Shown piece by piece: positions 12,401 to 22,654 of a DNA stretch of 64,000 bases (position 1 is the first letter of the stretch; each line of letters begins with the position of its first letter). The notes below the pieces were generated by a model. It was not told the origin of the DNA and searched no databases. It saw only the letters and a program-made list of their open reading frames with translations. Source of the stretch: Lytechinus pictus (Eukaryota); the NCBI RefSeq assembly GCF_037042905.1, contig NC_087246.1, positions 49,600,001 to 49,664,000 on the forward strand, read 5' to 3'. The position numbers and the translations under genes were made by a program.

Positions 12401-15400
12401 TGCTGTGTCTTCTCGTCAAGAGACGGAGAAGAGAAGTCCTTTCTTAATTATTTTTGGAGGAATAACTCTTAGTTTTGCACCATTAGGGAGAGGAGTTAAA
12501 CAATGTATTAACTAATCAGGAAAGAAGGGTGGAGCATAACAAAAATGAAAGTTTATTTGAACCTGAAGTCAGGGAGAAATTATCTGGGAAGGAGGTTGGA
12601 TGGAGGATAAATTATACCTCATTATGGTCTCTTAGGAGGAATTATAAACACAATGCAAGGATAAGGCTACTTCATCAATCTGTGCAAACAGGTGACCACA
12701 TAAGCTCTAAACAAAAGGAGTTGTGTCAATGGACAAAAGAGCATTGAACTTACTTTCGACCAATTTACTAGCTGGAGTTTGTGAGCTTGCACAAACATCC
12801 AAGCATGTTTAAAAGTATAATCAGTTTGACAAAAATATGGAAAAAAGAGTGTTATAGTAACAATCAGAAACATACTTGTCTGCCGATCAAAAGGAAGGAA
12901 AATAGTCAGAAGTCAGATCTGACAACTTATCAGACTCATGTTGATGAAATTCTCTTCAAATGATCATATATTTCCTTAGGTTCTGGATGGCCCGTGCTAT
13001 AGAGAGTTTCTTAAGAGGAAAGACCTCGTATGCAGACCAGACCTTCCTCATCAGGAAAGGACTCTTAGAGGTAGTATATAACATTTCCATCTTCAATATA
13101 ATTTCACAAAAGTTTAGATCATGAAGTAGTGTAGACTCCTCTTACAGTTTTTGTTTTTAACAATTTTTTCGAACATAATCTTGTTCAAAGATGTGGGGTT
13201 TTAACATATGCATGTTTAATGTCTGCTTCATTATACCTATTATAGGGTGATCATAGCGGTTAGAAATGATCAATGTTACAATTTATGTGAACAGATGCTA
13301 GGACTTCTTGTCGGACTTTATGGCCCGTATTCTCAAAAGAGGTTTCAATTGTACCATGGTACAAAACCCTTGACTATGCTGATTTCTTAACATAATTACG
13401 CTTATTTCATCGCATACACAAAGTTAAATCCAATTAACTGCGCACTTTCGGCAAAGTGCGCTTAAAATGAAGCGTGTTAATGAAATCTGCATAGTCTATA
13501 GTTTTGTACCATGGTTCAATTGAAACCTCTTTTGAGAATACAGGCCTATATGTTTGAATGACATGCCAACATGTGTAAAAGACTTCCAGTGCACTTAGAT
13601 TTGCTCGTCACTTGGCAATTCTCATATCCCAATCTTTGTGTTTATCGATTCATGAAAGTAGTACCACATTCTAGCCTTTGAATGATACAAAGTAGCTCTT
13701 TGACTGGTGAAATAACAGTTCTTTTTTCCTTTCTCCAACACAGCATGTTGTACAGCACATCCTGAGTAGTGAGCACCACTCAAAGGAGGTACTCCAGAGC
13801 TACTTTGATCTCCTGGCTGAGTTGATGAAGTTCAACATCCTGGCTTTCAAGAGATTCAACAAGGCCATCCACTCAGAACATCAGGTGGGCACTTTAAACG
13901 ATTATGATAGTAGTTGTGGTGGTGATGGTGGTAGCAGTTACGATGGGATTTGATGTTGGTAGTGGTGGTGCTGGTGATCATGGTGGTCAGGGGCAGATCC
14001 AGGATTTTCCAAAAGTGGGGGCACATTTTCCCGACAAGCAAACAAACAAAAAAGAAGGTCTTCACATTCAAGGGGGGGGGGACACTTCTCTTATAACGGC
14101 ATTTTTACATTACAAATTTTAATTGTGCCTCTTAAAAGGGGGCATGGGCCGGCTTTGTTCCCCCTAGATCCGTGAAAGTGTAAATGAAAATGATGGCAGT
14201 TGTAATGTTGGTTATGATAGGGATGATGGTTGTGGTGGTGGTAGTGATGATGGTGATGGCAATTGCTTTATTGGTGTTGATGGGATTGATGCTGATGATG
14301 GCTGTGGTTGTAGTGGTGGTTATGGTTGTGGTGATGGAGATGATGATGATGGTGGTTGTATTGGTGCTTATGATGGTAATGGTAGTGGTAGTGATGAAGG
14401 GGATGATGATGATGGTGTGAGTGATGATTATGACGTTAAGATAGTGATAATGGTAGTGGATTTTATGATGATGATGGTTGTGATGATGACGATGGTGATG
14501 ATCTTGATGAAGATGATGATGAAGATAATGATGACGATGATGATGATGATGATGATGATCTGCATTACACCATTAATACCAAGGCATTCTAAATAGATTT
14601 CTTTCAAAATTTTGAAACATATTATAATCTTACATAAACAACAATGCTTGACAAATATAATGATTATTTCCTACTTGTCATGCCAATTTTTGATGTTTTC
14701 TCCACACAGTTTAAGCAGTTTGTACATCTGGTGCGCAATCACATTGTTGACTCAAACATGTTTGTGAGATGTCTGGCACTCACTATCGAGCACTTTGAGA
14801 AGGAGCAGCCTGAAAATTATGGTAAGAATACTTGAGCTTCTTCACACAGAAAACTGCAGGCCACTACCAAACAAAGTAACTATGACCAGATCTACAGTCA
14901 GCAAGAAAAAAAGAAAAAATCAAATATCCCATCATAAGAACACTTATCTCACAAATCTAAGCCAGCAGATTGTTATTCATACTGTGAACTATATAGATCA
15001 GGGGTTCTCAAACTTTTTCTTTGAAGGGCCAGATGAGACTCCAAGTAAACCTGAAAGGGCCAGGGTGAAGTGGATACTTAGGAAAAAAAATGTGCGCAAA
15101 GCGCAAAGACCCTTGCGGTCGGGGTCCTAGATGCTCACTTGTGCAATCGGGCCCTTACTTTGGGAGCATTTAATCCAACAAATTTATAACAGTTTCATAT
15201 GGAACGCAGGCAAAATTAGAAAAGATTTCAAAATACAGCGAGAGTCAATATTAATGATAACAACATTTGTAGTACTTTGTTAAAAGGAATCTAGATTGTA
15301 CCTATACATACCTGGTATTGGGGTCACAGATAATGTCTTGAACTATCAATAGTACTTTGTAAGGAATCTAGATTGTACCTATACATACCTGGTATTGGGG

Positions 15401-18400
15401 TCACAGATAATGTCTTGAACTATCAATAGTACTTTGTTAAAAGGAATCTAGATTGTACCTATACATTCCTGGTATTGGGGTCACAGATAATGTCTTGAAC
15501 TATCAATAGTACTTTGTTAAAAGGAATCTAGATTGTACCTATACATACCTGGTATTGGGGTCACAGATAATGTCTTGAACTATCAATATTTTTTGTAGTC
15601 AAAGTAGAATTAATAATAGAGCATGTCTGTTGTATACTCTAACAAGGGTTTCAGTCCCCTAATCACTTTCAATATGGGAAACGTGACAGTCTGTCAGCAA
15701 CAAGTTGCTTGAATCTTGGCACAAAGGTGTGATTGCCAGACGAAGGCACTGTTGCAAATGTTCACTGAAGCAGGGGCCGCAGAAGCAGGGGCCGCAGAAG
15801 CAGGGGCCGCAGAAGCGGGGGGGGGGGGCCTTTTTTCCAAAACCATGTACAAAAACGTAAAAATGACCATATGATTGTGATTTTTTGCATGGCCAGCCCC
15901 CCCCCCCCCACACACACTTTGAAAACCGTTCCACGGCCCCTGTCAAGGTACTTCGGTATGAGTTAGTTCTTTAAAATGTTCATTGTGGAAAATGCACTTT
16001 CGCACCTTATGTATAGATCTAAACATGGTGAGAACAGCGCTGGTCATCTAATAAGAAAGTAGATCGAACAGACAGAAAAGACTCCACTAAACTTTGTTTA
16101 AAAGTCAAATTAATTTCACTGCCATTACTTTTATTACGTCTACACGGATACACAATGTAATCATATTGAGCTATATTTCATATTGCGACTTAAAAGTGAT
16201 TGAAAAAAAACCTAGCAGAGTCTCGCGGGCCGGATTGAGAAGCTCCACGGGCCGTAGCCGTCAAAGGTCATTAAGGTCAATGAACTTTGGCCGTGTTGGA
16301 GGTAATTATAGAATTGCTGTCATAACTTTATGGATATAGTTTATGAATTGTGGGTAATCAGGTATCACTGACAAGTCTTGGGTCACATGATCAAGGTCAA
16401 ATGTAATTTAGAGTCGGTGAACACAGTATTGTATCATTATATAAATGGTGTTTTTTTTTGAATAATTATTTTATAGTAGTTTTCAAAGTAAGCACTGCTG
16501 CTATATTAAATCATGTTATCCATGTGAGACTGCCAGAGGCACTCCACCTGTTTTAATTTGAAATATGCGTGAACAGGTCATAAATAATATAGGCATTCTC
16601 ATGATTACGTATGATATGTTTCTAAAATAAGATTTGCCCACAAACATTTGATTTATGACCTTTTTCTCTCCATTTTGTTTCATAATGTAGCATTTTAATA
16701 CCCTATTTTTCATTTGTTTATTTTAGATTGGGGAATACAGTCTTGTCGTCTCCTTCAGTTTATCTCAAAGAGAGAGAATCGTTTGACCTTCCTCTACAAG
16801 CTCATCAACATCATCCATGTTGAGATCCTCACACAGGTAATATTAACGGTTAAAGCCTTGATCACATTCTGTGTAAAAAATCTCAGCAATATCTTTGATA
16901 TTTTTTAGACAAGTGGAGGCCAATTGCCCCTTTTGTGATGATAAAATACATTGTATGCTTCAAGGTTTAAAAATCATTTAAATTTTTTTGTTTTCTTTTT
17001 CCTTTTTTGGGGAGGGGGGTGGGTGGGATCTATTACTATGATTTGATTATATATCATAAGTTATGTTAGAGGTTTAATTGCGACATCACAACTCATGATA
17101 AATTATGTCATGAGATTGTCCGTGCAGCTCTAGACGAACTTTTTTAGCCATCTTTAAAAAAAATTGATAAAATGTTCATAAAATGGCAAGTGGATCCTAA
17201 CCAATATGATTGGCTAAAATCTATCACATGACAATTTTTTTTTTTTGGTGGTGGGGGCAAATTTGCCAATGACATGTACTGATGACTAGTTCTATTGCAG
17301 GGCTCCACACTTACCCTTTTTTTTCCTACTGGTCCAACCTGTTCCTGTTGGATCAGTAAATACCCAGTTTTTCAGTTTTTTGGTGGTCCGAATCCAAAAT
17401 TTACTGTCCCCCAAAAAATAAAGAAAAACAAAAAAAAAGACTTGAATTTATTTCTTTAGTTTTTAATTTTTCCCCTTTAGCAAGTCGACTATTGTCACCA
17501 ACACTGGTTTGCTTCAGTTAATTCTAGCTGACACTATTCAAAATGAACAAAAGAGACAATGCCTATTTACTTGTATTGATCACATCCTATTCTGATATAC
17601 TGCACTTTTTGAGCACATTTTTATTCTGTAGATTGACTTTGTAATCATTGTTTTCATTCAATTTTCAAAATAAATTGCCATCATTTTATCATACCTTGAA
17701 CATACCTTGAAGCGCCACACTTCCATCTTCACGTAGGTAGATATTAGTGTGGCAGGGATTGGGGGGCTTTGTAGCCCATTAATGATATCATTATCATTGT
17801 AATCCATCAGCCCAGAGTTCCTAATACACACAACAAGAGCTCGAGTGTGAGTGACTCTTACTCACATAGTCACACTTTGATCTTTGTGAAAACAACCCTC
17901 AGTTGTACTCATTTTTTTTTTTTTTTTTTTAGGAGAACGTGAGTTGTCTCAACACCACCATCATCTTCCTCATGTTTGCTGATCGTATTGGTGAGCTATC
18001 CCGCTATCTGACAGATCTTAGGAAAGAAGAGCAGAAGCAATGTAGACCAGGATTCCTCCTTCAGAACTTCAGGTAAGAAATCAAATCATTTCAAGAATGA
18101 GTTTAATTGTGGGTAGACAACTGCAATCCCTCTCTGTTTGGAGGAGTTTTTAAACATTTAACAAAATGTTTTATTTTCTCCTCCAACACAGACGGCTAGC
18201 CATCACATATGCAGTGTGAGGGACCTAATGTTAGTCCCCATGGACCAGGCTATGTGTGGCACTCCCCCCAGTGGGGATTTCTAATTTTTCTACATCAAGA
18301 TGATGACTGATAATATCTTTGATATTGATATAACAGTGCCTCGAATATAGGCCAAGATTATTAAATTTAAAATAAAATTAGACATAACTTGCCTGTGGTA

Positions 18401-21400
18401 TGTTCATGAATCGTGCATCTGAAACTGCAATGCAATGAGTGCATGATGTCTCCAGAATTCTTTTTTTTTTTTTAGACCAAACAACCAGAATAGGGTCTTT
18501 TTTAAGGCGAAAAATAAACCAAAAGGTATTCAAAGACCAATATTGTAATGGTGTTTTTACTTCTAAAAATTCATAATTAATTTGGGGACAGACACTCCCT
18601 GTACAGAGTCGAAGATTGATTTCAGTCTATGGATGAGGTGGAGTGTAGCAAAACGTAGTCCAGCATAACAACCGATGAAACAGAGACCGAAGCTTTTGGT
18701 CTAAATTATGGGTAGAAATCTTGTATTTCTAAAATGAGGCATCAAGGTGTATAGAGGGTTCTGATTCTTGCCGTTCAATCACAGGGCCATGGTTTGAATC
18801 CAAGTCCCAGGCATCATTTTCCTTTAGCAAGAAATTTACTCACATTATGCTGCACTCGACCCAGGTGAGGTGAAGGGGCACCTGATAGGATTTATTCCTT
18901 GAATTCATCAGTGCCTATATGGCTCGGTTACATACAGCTAGGGTAATAATGTGTAACCGTGCATGGAGTGCTGTAGATTATATGCATGTGGTTGCTGCAC
19001 TAAATAAAGGGACTATTAAGCTTTATTGTGTAGATTTTCATGAGAGATGCTGTTGTCGGACAATTGTGGAAACATATATATGAGTATTTCAGTCTTGCTG
19101 GCTTTTACGTTTGGCACCTATAAGCAACTTTGAAAGCCGAAAGCTCCGTACTGTAACATATTTCCATTTGTTTTGCTTTATCTCTGCAGGGAGCTTCTGT
19201 TCTTCTGGCAGGAACATTATCTTCACAAAGACAAGGATTGCAGTGCCCTTGAGAAGGTTAGTCATCTTTTCTTTCTTTACCTCAGTAGTGTGTCATATCT
19301 CAAGCTAGGGTTACACCAAAGCTGGATTCTCCTGAATAAATTCGGACCGATTCTGCCCGAACACGGCCTGATTCGGATGGTTTCGGTGGATTTGAATGTT
19401 CCCGAATTCCTCCCGAATTTTCGCGGAGGAAAAACAGAATACTCTTGAGACCACCCAAGTACATGTATTTGTATGAATTCGCAGCTGATTTGTTTCCGGT
19501 GTAACCCTAGCTTAAACGGTTGTTTCATAATGTTTCATAAAGCTGTTAAGTTTCACATGACAAACGACTGAAACATGTTCTCAGGTGCTAAGTCAGCTAC
19601 ATAGAGATATATATATTAGCATGAGAAAGGGTCACCAGTCGGGCATCAACCCTTGTGTAATTAACAATCAGCTTTATGTTAAAGGGCCTGGGTAGTTTTT
19701 CATAAAGCTGTTCTTAAAGTTATCAGAGCTGCCAACTATTTTAAGAAAAAAGTCATAATTTTTTACGATATCCATGTCAAATTACTCCATTATGCTTTTG
19801 AAAGATGAACAGGTGAAAGTCCATATCTTATTATTCGAAATAGACATGATATGAAATACTCTGAAAATTTGCTTTGCCTAATTGATCGTGGGCCCGGCAG
19901 CTGCTGTGCGGCGCCACATCGACTCGGCTCTATCGTTGAATGCCAAACAGGGTAGCAGCAACTCCCATTTTTAGCTCATCCGGCCAGAAGGGCCAGATGA
20001 GCTTATGCCGTGGCGTGGCGTCTGTCGTCCGTCCACAATTTCAAAATGCTTCTTCTTCGCCATTTCAAGTCCGATTTAAATTCTGTTTGCTTTATATGAT
20101 AGCACTAGGTGGGGGATTCAAAACTTCTACACAGAATTTTGAAACTCATTAAATATGCTAATCTTTGCGCATTTTTCAAAATTCACAAAAAATGCTTCTT
20201 CTTTATTTGTTGACCGATTTTGAATTTTTTGCTTCCATCTGGTAGAGCTTTATGAGGTTCACCAAACTTCTACACAGAATTTTGACTAGAACAATTTTTA
20301 TGCTAATTTATGCAAAATTAATTTATGCATATTTTTTTAATTCACTAGACCGATTTTGATTTTTTTTTCTTCCATCTGGTAGAGCTTCATGAGGTTCACC
20401 AAAACTCTACACAGAATTTTTAAATTTGGAGTAGAAAATTATTTATGCTAATTTATGCGAAATGCATAAATCGCAGAAAATGCCTCTTTATTTGTTGACT
20501 GAATTTCAAAATGCTTCTTCTTCGTCATTTCAAGTCTGATTTCAATTCTGTTTGCTTTATATGATAGCATTAGGTGGGGGATTCCAAATTTCTACACGGA
20601 ATTTTGAAACTCATTAAATATGCTAATTTATGCATATTTTTTAAAATTCACATAAAATGCTTCTTCTTTAATTGTTGACCGATTTTGATTTTTTGTTATT
20701 CCATCTGGTAGAACTTCATAAGGTTCACCAAAATTCTACATAGAATTTTGAAATTTTCAGTAGAAACTTATTTATGCTAATTTATGGGAAATGTATAAAT
20801 AAATCAAAGAAAATGCCTCTTCTTCTTTATTTGTTGACCGATTTTGATTTTTTTTTTCTTCCATCTGGTAGAGCTGCATGAGGTTCACCAAACTTGTACA
20901 CAAAATTTTGAAATTTTGTCAAGAAAATTATTGATTTAATTTATGCAAAGATTATTCATAAATCACAAAAAATGTTTTTTCTTCTTCATCTATTGATCAA
21001 TTTCAATTTTGTTTGCTTTATATGATAGCTCGAGGTATACAAAATTTCAACACAGAATTTTGAAACTCATTAAATATGCTAATTTATTCATATATTTCAA
21101 AACTCACAAAAAATACTTATTTATTTTTTGATTGATTTTGATTATTTTTGTTCCATCTGAGAGCTACATGAGGTTCACCAAGGTTCTACACAGAGTTTAG
21201 AAATTTTGACTAGAAAATTATTAATGCTTAATTTATATGAAATTTTATTCATAGATCACAACAAATGCCTCTATGTCATTTCTTCATCAATTTCAATTTT
21301 ATATCCTCAATTTATGTCACCAATGTAATTCACTACAGTGTCAACTGGGCTCAAATTAAAATTGTGTTCAATTTAGTTGCGAGATGCCGGATGAGCTCCA

Positions 21401-22654
21401 CATCACTGATGTACTAGTTTATAAAGCTGTTCTTAAATTTATCAGAGCTGCCAACTACTAAGAAAAGACATAATTTTTACGATTTCCATGTCAAATTACT
21501 CCATTATGCTTTTGAAGATGAAAAGGTGAAAATCCATATCTTATTATTCGAAATAGACATGAAATGAAATACTCCAAAAATGTGCTTTGCCCAATTGATC
21601 GTGGGCCTGGCAGCTGCTGTGCGGCGCCATATCGACTCGGCTCTATCGTTGAACGCCAAACAGGGTAGCAGCAACTCCCATTTTTTAGTGTCCTTTGGTC
21701 TGATGTGGCTGGGGTTTGAACCCCAACCTCCTGGTTGTGAGACAGACGCTCTACCAACTGAGCCAACACACGGGTGACCTTAATTTGACCTTAATTATTG
21801 CGTGAAATAGATGAGGCTAAGGAGAGGGTGGGGGCATTAGCCCCACCAATTTCCTGGGGTTAAGCTTAACCCAATTCGGTTTCACACTATGTTACCAAAG
21901 TGGGCTAGCATGGTACGGTACTGTTCGGACCTGCTAAAAAGCAGGGTTAGCTGGCATATTGCAGTGCTAAGAACTGCAGTCTGAATCCGAATCAGGCTAA
22001 AGAAAAGTAGGGCTAAGCATTAGCCAATCACAGAAGCCGAAATTGCATGTTAATCACGCACTGTGTGGCAAAATCATCAATATCCATAAGCCGTGCGATT
22101 GTCCGGTGTTAAAGCCTCAAACCCGGCTAAGCAAATAATATGGGGTTAAGAAAAACAGACTGGAACCCCAAAATAAGATAGTATGGGGTTAAAGATAGCA
22201 TGGAGTTAAAGGAAGTGCAGTGCCAAAAGCATATAAATATATTAATTTTACTATACCTTCTTTGTTGAAGCATGAATATTTAATCTGATGTCTTCTTGGA
22301 TATATTCAAGATATAAACTCTTTGAAAGTCAGATTGGGTATTATGAGAAACATAATTAGTGAGATTAAGTGATCTTGCATTAATTTGCCTTTTTTCCCTT
22401 TTCTTCCTCTCTTTGTCTGTTCTTTCATTCTCACGCTTTGCTTCCATATTTATTTCTTCCCACTTATCTTGTGCTCTCTGTTTCCCCTTTTCTCAATACA
22501 GAGCTCTTGCATCAGTTTCTCCAAGTGGAAGGACATGGTCAGTCTACTGGTCAGCGGTAACACCCACTCCTCCTTGACCGTTGCCCACTATCTTCAGATG
22601 GACGACCTCTTCCCCTGTACGGAACATCAGCACGCCCCTCTCCGCACCAGTTGA
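288..22654 (+). CDS. TRPC4AP: TRPC4AP/TRUSS (short transient receptor potential channel 4-associated protein, DDB1-CUL4 substrate receptor), 5'-partial, 17 coding exons in window
   Basis: Exons 288-404, 620-1070, 2200-2270, 4954-5110, 5786-5959, 6261-6323, 7199-7455, 8630-8814, 9447-9548, 11816-11899, 12980-13070, 13744-13884, 14710-14821, 16727-16836, 17933-18072, 19190-19256, 22502-22654. All have AG/GT boundaries with compatible phases; total 2475 nt. Peptides match recalled vertebrate TRPC4AP motifs: LFGGVE, ATLIEDILGV, QLANFCRVLSITISE, PGLNNLFDK, NCDCSPEVALKVQFLRLL, FRFWMARAIESFLRG, LQSYFDLLAELMKFN, ENVSCLNT, FWQEHYLHKDKD, SSCISFS. Confidence 0.95.
620..1070 (+). CDS. TRPC4AP: TRPC4AP exon (VTVDLLLQP...) with T/A/S/E-rich low-complexity insert
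   Basis: caatcaag acceptor, open frame, AAG|gtacat phase-1 donor; an alternative phase-1 donor exists at 689/690. Confidence 0.75.
1545..1930. mobile_element. Fold-back element with arms of ~16-bp tandem subrepeats
   Basis: Left arm repeats CCATTT(C/G)GTC(C/T)A; right arm carries the reverse complement T(A/G)GAC(G/C)AA(A/C)TGG; axis near 1715. Confidence 0.7.
2200..2270 (+). CDS. TRPC4AP: TRPC4AP exon (DPQKVLRHKIAYNAMDLLHYMCQN)
   Basis: ttcctttag acceptor, gtaagt donor, phase 1-0. Confidence 0.85.
2376..3116. mobile_element. MITE with imperfect TIRs and subterminal repeats
   Basis: CCGGGGTGGTATTCTG...CAGTATACTGCCCCTGG; TTTTGTCAT / ATGACAAAA subterminal motifs in opposite orientations. Confidence 0.6.
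4220..4497 (+). mobile_element. Helentron-associated short element (HINE / DINE-1-like)
   Basis: T-run, subTIRs ATATGCCCCTCCT / AGGCGGGCGTAT, GTCCGTCCGT motif, AGGTCAAAGG motif, 3' stem-loop, CTTGTT end. Confidence 0.7.
4954..5110 (+). CDS. TRPC4AP: TRPC4AP exon (MGTDMA...LIEDILGV...QDI)
   Basis: ttgtag acceptor, gtaagt donor, conserved motif. Confidence 0.93.
5786..5959 (+). CDS. TRPC4AP: TRPC4AP exon (PELEELVK...QLANFCRVLSITISE...VNQ)
   Basis: ttttcacag acceptor, gtaagc donor, phase 1-1. Confidence 0.93.
6261..6323 (+). CDS. TRPC4AP: TRPC4AP exon (KTVVELPGFVQKLVKIACKSV)
   Basis: poly-T then acaacag acceptor, gtaagt donor; PGFV motif. Confidence 0.9.
6990..7170. repeat. CT-rich low-complexity tract
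   Basis: ~180 nt almost purely pyrimidine, immediately upstream of the exon at 7199. Confidence 0.85.
7199..7455 (+). CDS. TRPC4AP: TRPC4AP exon (AEPDGVADM...WLDSSLAFDAL...KQRHK)
   Basis: long CT tract then CAGCAG tandem acceptor, AAG|gttggt donor. Confidence 0.92.
8630..8814 (+). CDS. TRPC4AP: TRPC4AP exon (VHEILAQYKLMPGLNNLFDK...DHH)
   Basis: tttgcag acceptor, gtaagt donor. Confidence 0.95.
9447..9548 (+). CDS. TRPC4AP: TRPC4AP exon (NKYLIMTRHE...KKID)
   Basis: tgacag acceptor, AG|gtaaag donor, phase 2-2. Confidence 0.92.
9980..10349. mobile_element. hAT-like MITE with 13-bp perfect TIR and 5-bp TSD
   Basis: ATGGG|CAGGGTTCCCAGC...GCTGGGAACCCTG|ATGGG; internal ATCAGGGAA repeats. Confidence 0.85.
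10990..11140 (-). mobile_element. tRNA-derived SINE 5' fragment
   Basis: Minus strand has A-box-like TAGCTCAGTCGG and B-box GGTTCGATCCC; related remnants at ~38850-38945 and ~30550-30625. Confidence 0.6.
11383..11786. mobile_element. Fully palindromic ~400-bp MITE / fold-back
   Basis: ATAGAGTACCGAAGTG...CACTTTGGTACTCTAT ends; inner arms nearly perfect; loop near 11585-11595. Confidence 0.85.
11816..11899 (+). CDS. TRPC4AP: TRPC4AP exon (TLLCQGQKGILTKLVEVMKKEPRDSPF)
   Basis: tctctag acceptor, AG|gtaaga donor. Confidence 0.93.
12980..13070 (+). CDS. TRPC4AP: TRPC4AP exon (FWMARAIESFLRGKTSYADQ...GLLE)
   Basis: tttccttag acceptor, GAG|gtagta donor. Confidence 0.95.
13322..13546. mobile_element. 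PIF/Harbinger-like MITE with long TIRs
   Basis: GGCCCGTATTCTCAAAAGAGGTTTCAATTG... / ...CAATTGAAACCTCTTTTGAGAATACAGGCC; flanked by TAT on both sides. Confidence 0.8.
13744..13884 (+). CDS. TRPC4AP: TRPC4AP exon (HVVQHIL...LQSYFDLLAELMKFN...EHQ)
   Basis: acacag acceptor, CAG|gtgggc donor, 141 nt. Confidence 0.95.
13905..14560. repeat. Degenerate (GAT/GGT)n microsatellite interrupted by a MITE remnant at ~13988-14172
   Basis: GATGAT / GGTGGT runs; CAGGGGCAGATCCAGG...CTAGATCCG insert. Confidence 0.85.
14710..14821 (+). CDS. TRPC4AP: TRPC4AP exon (FKQFVH...VDSNMFVRC...ENY)
   Basis: cacacag acceptor, gtaaga donor. Confidence 0.93.
15271..15587. repeat. 80-bp minisatellite, 4 near-identical copies
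   Basis: Units start at 15271, 15351 (3-bp deletion), 15428 and 15508. Confidence 0.95.
15771..15942. mobile_element. hAT-like MITE with triplicated left TIR
   Basis: CAGGGGCCGCAGAAG at 15771, 15786 and 15801; right end TTCCACGGCCCCTG. Confidence 0.75.
16260..16552 (+). mobile_element. Helentron/HINE-like 3' fragment (related copy at ~10500-10685)
   Basis: AAGGTCA motifs; shared TTTTCAAAGT-AGCACTG...GCCAGAGGCA(C/T)TCCAC end. Confidence 0.5.
16727..16836 (+). CDS. TRPC4AP: TRPC4AP exon (DWGIQSCRLL...LINIIHVEILTQ)
   Basis: ttttag acceptor, CAG|gtaata donor. Confidence 0.93.
17933..18072 (+). CDS. TRPC4AP: TRPC4AP exon (ENVSCLNTT...PGFLLQNF)
   Basis: poly-T ag acceptor, AG|gtaaga donor. Confidence 0.95.
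18737..19018 (+). mobile_element. Degenerate tRNA-derived SINE, same family as 27090
   Basis: Shares the core AGCAAGAAATTTA-CACATT-TGCTGCACTC-ACCCAGGTGAGGTGAA. Confidence 0.8.
19190..19256 (+). CDS. TRPC4AP: TRPC4AP exon (ELLFFWQEHYLHKDKDCSALEK)
   Basis: ctgcag acceptor, AAG|gttagt donor. Confidence 0.95.
19306..19509. mobile_element. Short MITE with TAGGGTTACACC TIRs
   Basis: 12-bp perfect TIR; internal CCGAA/TTCGG repeats; no clear TSD. Confidence 0.7.
19702..19974 (+). repeat. Direct repeat copy A
   Basis: Aligns by eye with 21421-21688, with about 14 substitutions and a few small indels. Confidence 0.95.
19970..21420 (+). mobile_element. Non-autonomous Helentron (HINE) with internal ~150-bp tandem array
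   Basis: Perfect 12-bp subTIRs AGCTCATCCGGC (19973) / GCCGGATGAGCT (21386), 3' hairpin ACATCA-C-TGATGT, CTAG-TTT end, T-run at 5', GTCGTCCGTCC motif. Confidence 0.85.
21421..21688 (+). repeat. Direct repeat copy A'
   Basis: Second copy of 19702-19974; continues into a SINE head. Confidence 0.95.
21530..21774 (-). mobile_element. tRNA-derived SINE
   Basis: Minus strand: A box TGGCTCAGTTGG, B box GGTTCAAACCC; body and tail lie within the duplicated segment. Confidence 0.7.
22502..22654 (+). CDS. TRPC4AP: TRPC4AP terminal coding exon (SSCISFSKWKDMVSLL...RTS*)
   Basis: pyrimidine tract then atacag acceptor; TGA at 22652-22654. Confidence 0.92.
   Translation, partial: SSCISFSKWKDMVSLLVSGNTHSSLTVAHYLQMDDLFPCTEHQHAPLRTS

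Noticed and set aside
14184-14420. M/V-rich membrane-like ORF
   Set aside because: Translation of a (GAT/GGT)n microsatellite.
15271-15587. Possible CRISPR-like array (also considered for 20040-21300)
   Set aside because: Head-to-tail tandem units with no unique spacers, in a eukaryotic intron with no cas genes.
405-22501. U12-type or non-canonical introns in TRPC4AP
   Set aside because: All 16 donors are ordinary GT sites without the GTATCCTT consensus.
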